Assembly (NCBI GenBank): GCA_964436655.1
Contig: CAYTDX010000001.1
Span: 14,993 to 78,992 of the forward strand
Source of the DNA: an uncultured Caldimicrobium sp.
GTDB taxonomy: Bacteria; Desulfobacterota; Thermodesulfobacteria; Thermodesulfobacteriales; Thermodesulfobacteriaceae
Reading direction: 5' to 3'
Length of the DNA: 64,000 bases
A model generated the notes under the pieces. It was not told the DNA's origin, searched no databases, and worked only from the letters and a program-made list of their open reading frames with translations. The translations under genes and the position numbers were made by a program. Below, piece by piece: positions 25,067 to 33,336 of the stretch (position 1 is its first letter; the number at the start of each line of letters is the position of its first letter).

Positions 25067-25897
25067 TTAGAAAAGCCTTTGAAGAATCTCTATGGCTTCC
25101 TCTTTGGTAAGAGGGAGTTTTTTGAAAAATCTTTCAAAGGGCTTAAAAATCTCTGTTGGAAGAGGGGCTCTGAGGCTTAATGCTTCAGGATTAAAGGTAT
25201 TTGCAAAGAATTCATAAGGGCTACCGTAAAAGACCATTTTACCCTCTTTAAGAACAACCACTTTATCTGCAAAGTAGGGCACAAGGTCCACATTATGAGT
25301 AGCCATAACAAAAGAAAAACCCCTATTTTTTAAGTGGATAAGCAATTCTAAAAAATTTTTTTCAAGGATAGGGTCAAGGCCAAGGGTTGGCTCATCAAGC
25401 AATAAGATTTCATGCCCCATGGCAATTAGCCCAGCCAGAGCCACCCTTTTCTTTTCTCCAAAACTTAGCTGTTGTAAGGATCTTTTTTCATACCCAGAAA
25501 GGGAAACAAGTTCAAGGGCCCTTTTAACCGCCTCCTGGGTTCTTTCCTCCTCAAAGCCCATATTTCTTGGCCCAAAGGCCACATCCTCAAAAACAGTCTC
25601 TGCAAAAAGCTGTTCCTCTGGATTCTGAAAAAGGAGCCCCATTTTGGAATAAATTTCCCGTGGACTTAAGCCTTTTAGCTCTTTTCCATCTAAGAGAATT
25701 TTCCCTCTATAATTTTTGTAAAGGCCGTCAAGGAGCTTGAGTAAAGTGGTTTTACCTGCTCCACTTGCCCCAAGAAGGGCAATTCCCTCTCCCCGGTAAA
25801 CCTCAAAAAAGATTTCCCTGAGAGTGAACCCTTGGCTGAAACTGAAATCTCTAAGCTCAACCTTTAGTCTTAGGTAATTATCCACAGCAGGGTCCAT
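25067..25897 (-). CDS. cbiO: ECF transporter ATPase component (CbiO)
   Basis: GASGAGKTT Walker A, LSFGEKKRVA signature and LLLDEPT Walker B. Confidence 0.85.
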   Translation of the reverse strand: MDPAVDNYLRLKVELRDFSFSQGFTLREIFFEVYRGEGIALLGASGAGKTTLLKLLDGLYKNYRGKILLDGKELKGLSPREIYSKMGLLFQNPEEQLFAETVFEDVAFGPRNMGFEEERTQEAVKRALELVSLSGYEKRSLQQLSFGEKKRVALAGLIAMGHEILLLDEPTLGLDPILEKNFLELLIHLKNRGFSFVMATHNVDLVPYFADKVVVLKEGKMVFYGSPYEFFANTFNPEALSLRAPLPTEIFKPFERFFKKLPLTKEEAIEILQRLF

Positions 25898-26583
25898 AAA
25901 GAGAGGGCAAATAAAAGGTAGAATAACTCAGAGGCCTTGAGTGGATCTATGGTTCTGGCAAGATTTTTAAAGTCAAAACCCCTTTGTTGCATGCTCTGAA
26001 GGGTCTCTTCTGTATGTCTCAGGGCCTTAAAAAAAGAGGCCTGAACAAGATATTTGAGAGAGTTTAGAGATTTTCTAAAACCCCCATAGCCGAGTCTATT
26101 TTTTTGAGTAAGGTAAACCAAGGATAAATCCCCTCTCAAAAGGTGGATAAATTTGTAGCTTAAGAAAAAGAGCTCCTGAAAAAAGGGGGAAATTCTCAGC
26201 CAGTGCATAAGTTTTATGATCTCAAAAAAGCCAAGGGAGGCATAGAAAAACAGGAAAAGGGTGCAGGCCGAAAGCACACGGAGCCCTAAAAAGAGATTTT
26301 CTTTGATATTATAAAGGGTGTTATGAAAGGATGAAAAGTCAAGGCCCTTAAGAATCACCAAGATAAGAGCTATAAAGAGCGGTTCAAGATAAAAGTGGAT
26401 AAGCCCTCTAAGATTTTCTTTATCCCTCAAGAAAAAAACTAAGTGAAAAAGGAAAATAAGGAGCAAAAAAAGGGAGTTTTTAGAAAGAAGGATTAATAAA
26501 AGAAGTCCACAAAAATAGAGAAACCTTATTTTTATGTTAAGCCTTACGATAAAGACTGGAAGACTTCTCAGGGGAGGCTGCAT
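25870..26583 (-). CDS. cbiQ: ECF transporter transmembrane T component (CbiQ)
   Basis: Polytopic 237 aa protein between cbiN and cbiO, with the position and length of CbiQ. The start codon is uncertain. Confidence 0.7.
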   Translation of the reverse strand: MQPPLRSLPVFIVRLNIKIRFLYFCGLLLLILLSKNSLFLLLIFLFHLVFFLRDKENLRGLIHFYLEPLFIALILVILKGLDFSSFHNTLYNIKENLFLGLRVLSACTLFLFFYASLGFFEIIKLMHWLRISPFFQELFFLSYKFIHLLRGDLSLVYLTQKNRLGYGGFRKSLNSLKYLVQASFFKALRHTEETLQSMQQRGFDFKNLARTIDPLKASELFYLLFALSLWTLLWIIT

Positions 26584-26839
26584 TTTTCTCGTCGCTTAAA
26601 AGTTTTCTCCAGTAATAGCCTGTGATAAATCCTGCAAGGCCTGAAAAAAGGGAAAAAACAAAAAGCTCGGTATCCCCCTCAAGATTAAAAATACTTTTAG
26701 GGGCCCTACCCTTTTCTTCGGCAATCTTTTCAATCACCGCTTCATCAATACCCTTCCATTTTTCCTCTTTCTCCTCGGCTTGAGCTTGGCCCGAGACAAA
26801 GAAGATTACACAGAGTATTAATAACACAATTTTTTTCAT
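26537..26839 (-). CDS. cbiN: Small cobalt-transport membrane component (CbiN-like)
   Basis: 100 aa with an N-terminal TM/signal segment, a soluble loop and a C-terminal TM. Its ATG overlaps the cbiM stop by 4 nt. Confidence 0.6.
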   Translation of the reverse strand: MKKIVLLILCVIFFVSGQAQAEEKEEKWKGIDEAVIEKIAEEKGRAPKSIFNLEGDTELFVFSLFSGLAGFITGYYWRKLLSDEKNAASPEKSSSLYRKA

Positions 26840-27513
26840 TTGACCACCTCTTTGGCAGTTTTTAGACTTTCAAAGGCAAAAAGGTCTTTTCTTCTCTTAT
26901 ATATAGCCCTAACCAGGGCTCCGGTGATAACCCCTTCAAGGATGCCAAGAGGTGCCTGAGTGGGAATAAAGGCTATCAGGACCTTAAGAAAAAGGAAAGA
27001 AAAGGGCTCTTTATCTTTTAAGGCTATGGCCAGTTGAAAGGCTGTGGTAAGATAGGTCATCCAGTCAGCAAGGAGTCCTGCCAAAAGGCCCTTCAGAAAA
27101 AGGGAGAAATTATTCTTTTGGGTGATCTTAATAACCAAGTAGGCTGAAAGGCTTCCCATAATGGCCATAGAAAAGGCATTGGCCCCAAGGGTGGAAAGCC
27201 CTCCGTGGGCAAGAAAAAGGGCCTGAAGAAGAAGAACAATAAAACCTGAGACAATGCTTCCCGAAAGACCAAGCACAAATACAGCCACAGCTACTCCTAC
27301 GGGGTGAGAACAGGTGCCTGCAAAAGGAACAGGAATGGGCACCATGGAAAAGAGAAAAACCAAAGCTGTGATAAAGGCAAAAATTGCCTTTTTTTCGGGC
27401 TGAGGCTCCATTTCTTTTTTAAGTTTTTTAAAACTAAAAACAAGGGCAGATGCAGTTGCCCCCCACCAGGCAATAGCCCAGTTTAATGGCAAAATCCCCT
27501 CAGAGATATGCAT
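26836..27513 (-). CDS. cbiM: ECF transporter substrate-capture component CbiM
   Basis: The canonical CbiM N-terminus MHISEGILP starts at 27513 and is preceded by AGGAGGAAAGGG. The longer track ORF (to 27540) would read through the Shine-Dalgarno sequence and the palindrome. Confidence 0.85.
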   Translation of the reverse strand: MHISEGILPLNWAIAWWGATASALVFSFKKLKKEMEPQPEKKAIFAFITALVFLFSMVPIPVPFAGTCSHPVGVAVAVFVLGLSGSIVSGFIVLLLQALFLAHGGLSTLGANAFSMAIMGSLSAYLVIKITQKNNFSLFLKGLLAGLLADWMTYLTTAFQLAIALKDKEPFSFLFLKVLIAFIPTQAPLGILEGVITGALVRAIYKRRKDLFAFESLKTAKEVVK

Positions 27514-27523
27514 CCCTTTCCTC

Positions 27524-27571
27524 CTGATATGGTAATTCAAATTACCATATCAGTTTTTCAAAATTTGTCAA
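27524..27571 (-). promoter_or_regulatory. Candidate cbiM promoter with an overlapping 14-bp-arm perfect palindrome (operator or RBS-sequestering hairpin)
   Basis: Sense strand: TTGACA-N16-TATGGT. The palindrome CTGATATGGTAATT-NN-AATTACCATATCAG (27524-27553) covers the -10 hexamer. Its 3' arm runs into the AGGAGG Shine-Dalgarno sequence. Confidence 0.45.
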
Positions 27572-27572
27572 G

Positions 27573-27829
27573 TGAGTTCTTTGACGCAAACTAAAGGGTC
27601 CTGCGGCTACCTAATCTATGTCTCTTAATTTTTGGATTTGTAATAGCCGCAAGCTTTAGCTTGCGTGTGGTATTGATTTGTATTTTTGAAAACCTTCGCA
27701 GGCTAAAGGTCTTGCGCCTACAAAATTAATGATTTTTGGTTCTGGAGGTAATCGCAACCGGTAGGTTGCGCCAGATTTTTTGATTTTTTATTTTACGAAC
27801 CTTAGCAGGCTAAAGGTCCTGAGGCTACC
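27573..27829. repeat. Array of five REP-like hairpin units in strictly alternating orientation (BIME/REPIN-like)
   Basis: Forward units at 27585, 27697 and 27805 (..GCG/GAG-GCTACC). Reverse units at 27641 and 27747 (GTAATAGC-CGCAAGCTTTAGCTTGCG; GGTAAT-CGCAACCGGTAGGTTGCG). Spacing is about 55 nt, with T/A-tract spacers. Confidence 0.75.
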
Positions 27830-27916
27830 GAAAAAGATTAATTTTGTGAAAAACTCACAAAGTCTAAAATCCTTTTGCCTCATACACTCAGTTTACAAAT
27901 AGAAAAATCGGGTTAA

Positions 27917-27942
27917 ATTATGGTAAATCACTTTACCATAAT
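27917..27942 (+). promoter_or_regulatory. Candidate operator/hairpin upstream of cobT that shares a core with the cbiM palindrome
   Basis: ATTATGGTAAA-TCAC-TTTACCATAAT has 11-bp perfect arms. It ends 9 nt before the AAGGAGGG Shine-Dalgarno sequence of cobT. Confidence 0.4.
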
Positions 27943-27967
27943 ATCCAGAAAAGGAGGGCCTTAGGCT

Positions 27968-29026
27968 ATGCCAAAGGAATGGCCTTATCAGTTAAGAATT
28001 GAACCCCTAAAAGAAGAGTGGTTGAAGCAGGCCTGGGCAAGGCTGGATAATCTTACCAAGCCAAAGGGAAGCCTCGGACGGCTTGAAGAACTTGCAGCCC
28101 AGCTTGTAGCCATCTTTGAGAACCCCTCCCCTCGTATTAACAGAAAATTAAGCTTTGTCTTTGCGGGAGATCACGGGGTTACCGAAGAAGGGGTCTCAGC
28201 CTTTCCCAAGGAAGTTACAGCGCAAATGGTCTTTAATTTTCTTAGAGGTGGAGCTGGCATAAATGTCCTGGCCAGATTTGCAGGGGCAGATGTTAAGGTC
28301 ATTGATGTAGGGGTGGATTATGAATTTAAAAACCTTTCAGAACTAATCTCTAAAAAGGTCTGTCCCGGAACCAGAAATTTTGCCAAGGAGCCTGCTATGA
28401 CAAGAGAGGAAGCCTTGAGGTGCTTAGTAACAGGCTATGAACTTGCTAAGGAGGCTATCTCAACGGGCTATAATCTCATAGGAATTGGGGATATGGGCAT
28501 AGGAAACACCACCCCCTCCTCTGCTATAACGGCAGTCATTACTGGAAAATCCGTTGAAGAGGTCACAGGCCGTGGAACTGGGATCAATGATTACTTCTAT
28601 CTAAAGAAGATTGAGGTCATAAAGAGGGCTATAGAACTCCACAGGCCAGATCCTGAAGATGCCCTTGATGTTCTCTCTAAGGTGGGGGGGACAGAGATTG
28701 GGGCCTGTGCAGGGGTAGTTCTTGCCTGTGCTGAAAGTAGAGTGCCTGTTGTGATGGATGGGTTTATCACAGGGGCAGGGGTTCTCCTTGCTTACAAGAT
28801 CAATCCTCTGGTCAAAAACTATGTCATTGCCTCTCATAGATCCATGGAAAAGGGCCATCAGGCCCAGCTTGAATACATGAGTCTTTCACCCCTTCTTGAC
28901 CTCAACCTGAGATTGGGAGAGGGGACAGGGGCTGCCCTTGCCATGCTCCTAATAGAGGCAGCCTTGAGGATTTATCATGAAATGGCAACCTTTGAATCCG
29001 CAGGGGTTTCCAAAAATCTTCAGTAA
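27968..29026 (+). CDS. cobT: Nicotinate-nucleotide--dimethylbenzimidazole phosphoribosyltransferase
   Basis: KPKGSLGRLEELA, GDHGV, GIGDMGIGNTT and LRLGEGTGAA motifs. Confidence 0.9.
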   Translation: MPKEWPYQLRIEPLKEEWLKQAWARLDNLTKPKGSLGRLEELAAQLVAIFENPSPRINRKLSFVFAGDHGVTEEGVSAFPKEVTAQMVFNFLRGGAGINVLARFAGADVKVIDVGVDYEFKNLSELISKKVCPGTRNFAKEPAMTREEALRCLVTGYELAKEAISTGYNLIGIGDMGIGNTTPSSAITAVITGKSVEEVTGRGTGINDYFYLKKIEVIKRAIELHRPDPEDALDVLSKVGGTEIGACAGVVLACAESRVPVVMDGFITGAGVLLAYKINPLVKNYVIASHRSMEKGHQAQLEYMSLSPLLDLNLRLGEGTGAALAMLLIEAALRIYHEMATFESAGVSKNLQ

Positions 29027-29028
29027 TT

Positions 29029-29811
29029 ATGCTTAAAGGTCTACTCCTTGCAACTTCCTTTCTCTGGAGAATCCCTATAAAAATAAGTGGGATCACCGAG
29101 AGAGACTTTCAGAGGGCCCTTATTTTTTTCCCCCTCGTGGGGGCCCTTGAGGGCTTAATAATCCTTTCTTTGGCCAGGGGGCTTAGCGCTAAAATTTCTG
29201 CTGAAGTTCTCTCCCTTTTACTCCTTTTCACCATATTTTTTATACGAGGTATCTTTCATCTTGATGGACTTGCAGATACCTTTGATGCCCTTTCCTACAA
29301 AGGGGGAGGAAGTCCGGAAGAGGATAAGAAAAAAAGACTTTCCATTATGAAAGATAGCACAACTGGTGTAGCTGGGGTGTCTGCGGTAGTAATTGATATT
29401 CTCTCAAAATTTCTTTTTCTGCGAGAAATTCTCTTGCAGGGCAATTTTAACCTCCTCTTTTTACCTTATTTCCTCTCAAGAACCCTTCTTCTTCCTGTAA
29501 TTTTCTTTTCAAAACCTGCCCGAAAAGAGGGCCTCGGTTTTCTGATGAAAAAAAACCTGAAATCTTCAGGCATTCTGCAGGGACTTGTTCTTAGTCTGAT
29601 TATTCTTGGATTTGATTTTTATTTAGAATCCTTCTTTAAAATCTATCATATCACATTGATTTTCTGTATTAATTTTGCCATTATAATATACTTCAAAAGG
29701 AAATTTGAAAGGGCCTTTGGAGGACTTACAGGAGACAATTTTGGGGCTTTCGTTGAGATTATTGAGGGACTCACCCTCTTTTACGGTGGAGTTATATGGC
29801 CAAGGCTTTAA
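29029..29811 (+). CDS. cobS: Adenosylcobinamide-GDP ribazoletransferase (cobalamin synthase)
   Basis: Polytopic 260 aa with HLDGLADTFDAL and GLTGDNFGA motifs. Confidence 0.85.
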   Translation: MLKGLLLATSFLWRIPIKISGITERDFQRALIFFPLVGALEGLIILSLARGLSAKISAEVLSLLLLFTIFFIRGIFHLDGLADTFDALSYKGGGSPEEDKKKRLSIMKDSTTGVAGVSAVVIDILSKFLFLREILLQGNFNLLFLPYFLSRTLLLPVIFFSKPARKEGLGFLMKKNLKSSGILQGLVLSLIILGFDFYLESFFKIYHITLIFCINFAIIIYFKRKFERAFGGLTGDNFGAFVEIIEGLTLFYGGVIWPRL

Positions 29812-31289
29812 TGATAACAGGCACCAATTCCTCGGCAGGAAAATCCTTTCTGGTCACCGCTCTTTGCAGACACTTTGCCAAGAAGGGAATAAGGGTTGCC
29901 CCCTTTAAGGCACAGAATATGAGTCTTCAGAGTTTTGTCTGCAGAGATGGAAGTGAGATCGGGCTTGCCCAGGCTTTACAGGCCAGGGCCTGCAGAATTG
30001 AGCCTGAAAAATATTTTAACCCCATTCTTCTAAAACCCGAAGGGAATCAAAAAAGCCAGGTTCTTGTCCTGGGCAGGCTCTATAAAACCCTTCCGGCAGA
30101 GGCCTACTATCAGGAAAAAGAGCTGTTGTGGAAGACTGTTAGGGAAGCCCTTGAACACCTGATCGCTCACTATGATCTCATCCTTTTAGAGGGGGCGGGA
30201 AGTCCCGCTGAGATAAATCTGCTTGATGTGGATATTGTAAACATAAGACCTGCGCTTTATCTTAAGTGCCCCGTTCTACTTGTGGGGGATATTGACAAAG
30301 GTGGGGTCTTTGCCTCAATCTTTGGAACCCTGGAACTCTTGAAAAGATTTAAGCCCGATTATGCAAGGCTTTTTGAAGGTTTTATAATAAATAAATTCAG
30401 AGGAAAGGAAAGCCTTCTCCATTCGGGAATTAAAAAAATCAAGTCTTTAACCGGGCTCAAGAGCTTAGGTATTTTACCTCTAAAGGAGGAGCTAAAGATA
30501 TCCGATGAAGATGGCTTTTCCTTTTTCAGCAAAAAAAGATTCCAGAAAAAGGGGGAGGTCAAAATAGTGATTCTCCCTCTAAAGCACCTTTCCAACTTTT
30601 CAGATTTTGACCCCTTTTACCTTGAAGAGGATGTGGAGATACTTTACTCCCTCAGGGAAGAAGATCTCCTTACTGCGGATGTTATTATTGTCCCTGGAAG
30701 CAAAAACACCCTAAGTGACCTTTTATGGCTCAGAGAGATGGGGCTTAAGAGGGTCTTAGAGAAGGCCCTTGAGAGGGGGGCTGAGATTATTGGAATCTGC
30801 GGAGGCTTTCAGATGCTTGGAAAGATACTGCGAAACCCCTTTAAGGTTGAAGGGGAGCTTGTAGAAGTGGAGGGGCTCGGTTTTCTTGATGTGGAGACAA
30901 CCTTCTATCCGGAAAAGATTACAAGTCAGTGTTATGCCACTCTCCTAAAAAATGAGGCAATCAAAGGAGAACTCTGGGGGTTTGAGATTCATAAGGGATT
31001 GTCAGAGGGGGAGTTAAACCTCTTTGAGATCAGGCGACTTGCAACGGGTGAAAGGACTAAGGATGGCTCTCAAAAGGATAATGTCTGGGGAAGCTATCTC
31101 CACGGGATATTTACCAACGATCCCTTTAGAAGGGACCTTATTAATCGGCATCGCCTCAAAAAAGGTCTGAAGGCCCTCCCTATCAAAATTTCCTACTGGG
31201 AGACCCTTGAAGAGAATCTGGATGAGCTTTCTGCTTTTGTGGAAGAACACTTAGAGATGAAAAAACTCTATGAGATTCTCGGGCTTTAA
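29796..31289 (+). CDS. cobQ: Cobyric acid synthase
   Basis: MITGTNSSAGKS P-loop-like N-terminus and a GATase C-domain (GICGGFQMLG, YLHGIF). Confidence 0.9.
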   Translation: MAKALMITGTNSSAGKSFLVTALCRHFAKKGIRVAPFKAQNMSLQSFVCRDGSEIGLAQALQARACRIEPEKYFNPILLKPEGNQKSQVLVLGRLYKTLPAEAYYQEKELLWKTVREALEHLIAHYDLILLEGAGSPAEINLLDVDIVNIRPALYLKCPVLLVGDIDKGGVFASIFGTLELLKRFKPDYARLFEGFIINKFRGKESLLHSGIKKIKSLTGLKSLGILPLKEELKISDEDGFSFFSKKRFQKKGEVKIVILPLKHLSNFSDFDPFYLEEDVEILYSLREEDLLTADVIIVPGSKNTLSDLLWLREMGLKRVLEKALERGAEIIGICGGFQMLGKILRNPFKVEGELVEVEGLGFLDVETTFYPEKITSQCYATLLKNEAIKGELWGFEIHKGLSEGELNLFEIRRLATGERTKDGSQKDNVWGSYLHGIFTNDPFRRDLINRHRLKKGLKALPIKISYWETLEENLDELSAFVEEHLEMKKLYEILGL

Positions 31290-31291
31290 GG

Positions 31292-32263
31292 ATGAATCCT
31301 ATAGAAATTAAGGGTTACCAGATCCTGCTTGCCTTTCTACTGGATTTAATCCTTGGAGATCCAAGGATTGTCCCCCATCCTGTTAGAGGCATGGGAAGAT
31401 TGATCCTTTTTTATGAAAGGATTTTTAGAAAAATAAAGGGGCCCTCAGAAAAAATCCGAGGGGTCCTGTTTTTTATAGCTGTAAATCTTACCACCCTCTT
31501 GCTGGCTATATTGTTTTTGAGTGGGCTTCAAAAGCTCAGGAGCTGCTGTTTTTTTATAGCTGAGGGTATTTTTGTCCTCAGCCTTTCCCTTTTCCTGGCC
31601 TTAAGAGGGCTTATCTTTGAGGGCTCTAAAGTGGAAAAACTGCTTTCTCTTGAAAAAATAGAGACTGCCAGGGAGGCCCTTAAGGCCCTTGTGGGAAGAG
31701 ATACAGAGCCCCTTGGAAAGAGAGAAATCCAGAAGGCCGTCCTTGAAAGCTACGCTGAGAACCTGAACGATGGAGTAATTGCCCCGCTTTTCTGGCTAAC
31801 CCTCCTTGGTCTTCCAGGGATAGTATTTTATAAAACTGTCAATACCCTTGATTCCATGGTAGGCTATAAAAATGAGAGATATTATCACTTTGGATGGTTT
31901 TCTGCAAAGATGGACGATCTCTTAAATCTTATTCCTGCAAGGATTACAGCGCTCTTGATTGCCCTATCCAGTGCCCTCTATCTGGGTTTAAAAAGCGGAT
32001 TCAGGGCCCTGAGAGGGACTATAAAATATGCCAGATTGCATCCCTCACCAAATAGTGGATATCCAGAGGCAGCTCTGGCTGGGGCGTTGGGAATCAAGCT
32101 CCTTGGCCCAGCCTATTATGGCGGGAAACTTGTCCATAAACCCTATCTGGGGGAGGATTTACTTTTAAATCTTGATCAGGCCATACCTGTAGCGAAGAGG
32201 CTTTTATGGATCAGTTCGGCTCTCATGCTAAGCTTGATCTTACTTCTAAAGGGGATTAAGTGA
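31292..32263 (+). CDS. cbiB: Adenosylcobinamide-phosphate synthase (CbiB/CobD family)
   Basis: DLILGDPRIVPHPVRGMG N-terminus and HPSPNSGYPEAALAGALG motif. Confidence 0.9.
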   Translation: MNPIEIKGYQILLAFLLDLILGDPRIVPHPVRGMGRLILFYERIFRKIKGPSEKIRGVLFFIAVNLTTLLLAILFLSGLQKLRSCCFFIAEGIFVLSLSLFLALRGLIFEGSKVEKLLSLEKIETAREALKALVGRDTEPLGKREIQKAVLESYAENLNDGVIAPLFWLTLLGLPGIVFYKTVNTLDSMVGYKNERYYHFGWFSAKMDDLLNLIPARITALLIALSSALYLGLKSGFRALRGTIKYARLHPSPNSGYPEAALAGALGIKLLGPAYYGGKLVHKPYLGEDLLLNLDQAIPVAKRLLWISSALMLSLILLLKGIK

Positions 32264-33336
32264 AAATTTTAAGTCTTCCTGAACATGGTGGAAATGTCTA
32301 TTTTTATGCCAGACTACTGGGGGTCTCCCCTTTTGATCTCATTGATCTGAGTTCTTCCGTAAACCCGTTAATCAAAGACTTCTTACCCCTAAAAGAGGAA
32401 GAACTCTTTCACTTACTTCAGCTTTATCCTGATCCTGAGGCCTCTGAGATAAAAGGCCTTATTGCTGAAAGGTACGGACTAAAAGCGGAGAACCTTCTGC
32501 CTGGAAATGGGTCTTATGAACTTCTTCAGCTGTTAATCCTGAATTTACCCAGGTCTTGTAAGATCTTTCTGCCAGAACCCACCTTTGTCGGGTATAGGAA
32601 AATAGCCGCTCTGCGTAAAGATTTGAGCATTAAGCAAAATTTTTCATTAAATCCTGAGGATCAAATTCAGTCCATAGAAGATTTCTTAAAAAACTTGCAA
32701 GCCCCAGGGGCTGTCATCATCTGCAACCCCAATAATCCCACCGGGAAAGTTTTTAAGAAAAATTCTTTAAAATATCTTATATCTCGTTATGATAACGCAC
32801 TTTTTATTATTGATGAAGCCTTTATTGATTTTTCTGAGGATAACTCACTGTTAAGGGAAACCGCAAATTTTCCTAACCTCTTTGTTTGCAGGTCCTTAAC
32901 CAAATTTTACGGGCTTGCAGGGATGCGGGTAGGTTATCTTGCCTCCTCAAGTCACCTTCTTTCAAAAATAAGGGCCTTAAGACCGGAATGGAGTGTAAAC
33001 ACCTTATCCCAATACTTAGCCCGGAAGCTGCTTTTGAACTCAGCCTTCAAAAAAGAAAGCCTGAGACATTTTCATAAACTCAAAAATCTGTTTGAAAGGT
33101 CCCTTCAGGAAATGGGCCTTAGCTTTATTCCAAGTGAGACTAACTTCTACCTTTTAAGGCACCTTCCCAAGGGAAGGGACTTTTTCGCCTGGCTTCTTAA
33201 GGAGCGACTTATTCTTATCAGACCCTGTGAGAATTTTTATGGATTGAAGGAAGATGATTTCAGGGTATCCCTGAAGGATGAAAAAGGTTTAACACTCTTT
33301 ATTGAGGCCTTGAGAGAATGGTTAGGGGCTTTGTGA
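32260..33336 (+). CDS. cobD: Threonine-phosphate decarboxylase (class I/II aminotransferase fold)
   Basis: 358 aa. HGGN start motif, NPNNPTG and SLTKFYGLAGMRVGY PLP-lysine motif, within a cobalamin operon. Confidence 0.8.
   Translation: MKILSLPEHGGNVYFYARLLGVSPFDLIDLSSSVNPLIKDFLPLKEEELFHLLQLYPDPEASEIKGLIAERYGLKAENLLPGNGSYELLQLLILNLPRSCKIFLPEPTFVGYRKIAALRKDLSIKQNFSLNPEDQIQSIEDFLKNLQAPGAVIICNPNNPTGKVFKKNSLKYLISRYDNALFIIDEAFIDFSEDNSLLRETANFPNLFVCRSLTKFYGLAGMRVGYLASSSHLLSKIRALRPEWSVNTLSQYLARKLLLNSAFKKESLRHFHKLKNLFERSLQEMGLSFIPSETNFYLLRHLPKGRDFFAWLLKERLILIRPCENFYGLKEDDFRVSLKDEKGLTLFIEALREWLGAL

Noticed and set aside
27514-27540. Nine-codon N-terminal extension of cbiM (MNYHIRRKG)
   Set aside because: The extension would be translated from the palindrome and the AGGAGG Shine-Dalgarno sequence itself. 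The conserved CbiM N-terminus MHISEGILP starts at 27513.
27573-27829. Possible CRISPR array, because of regularly spaced repeats about 55 nt apart
   Set aside because: Units alternate in orientation and differ in stem sequence. The spacers are low-complexity A/T tracts. The same units are scattered singly across the window, and there are no cas genes. This fits REP/BIME-type repeats.
27845-27859. CRP/FNR-like site TGTGA-AAAAC-TCACA upstream of cobT
   Set aside because: The spacer is 5 nt, not the 6 nt of CRP-family sites. It occurs only once and could equally be a small hairpin.
27541-27967. Cobalamin riboswitch expected in the cbiM / cobT leaders (also checked 34596-34795 and 44640-44835)
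   Set aside because: By eye I could find no B12 box (GCCACTG-like) or conserved core. Repeats and palindromes occupy the region. This needs a covariance-model scan to be certain.
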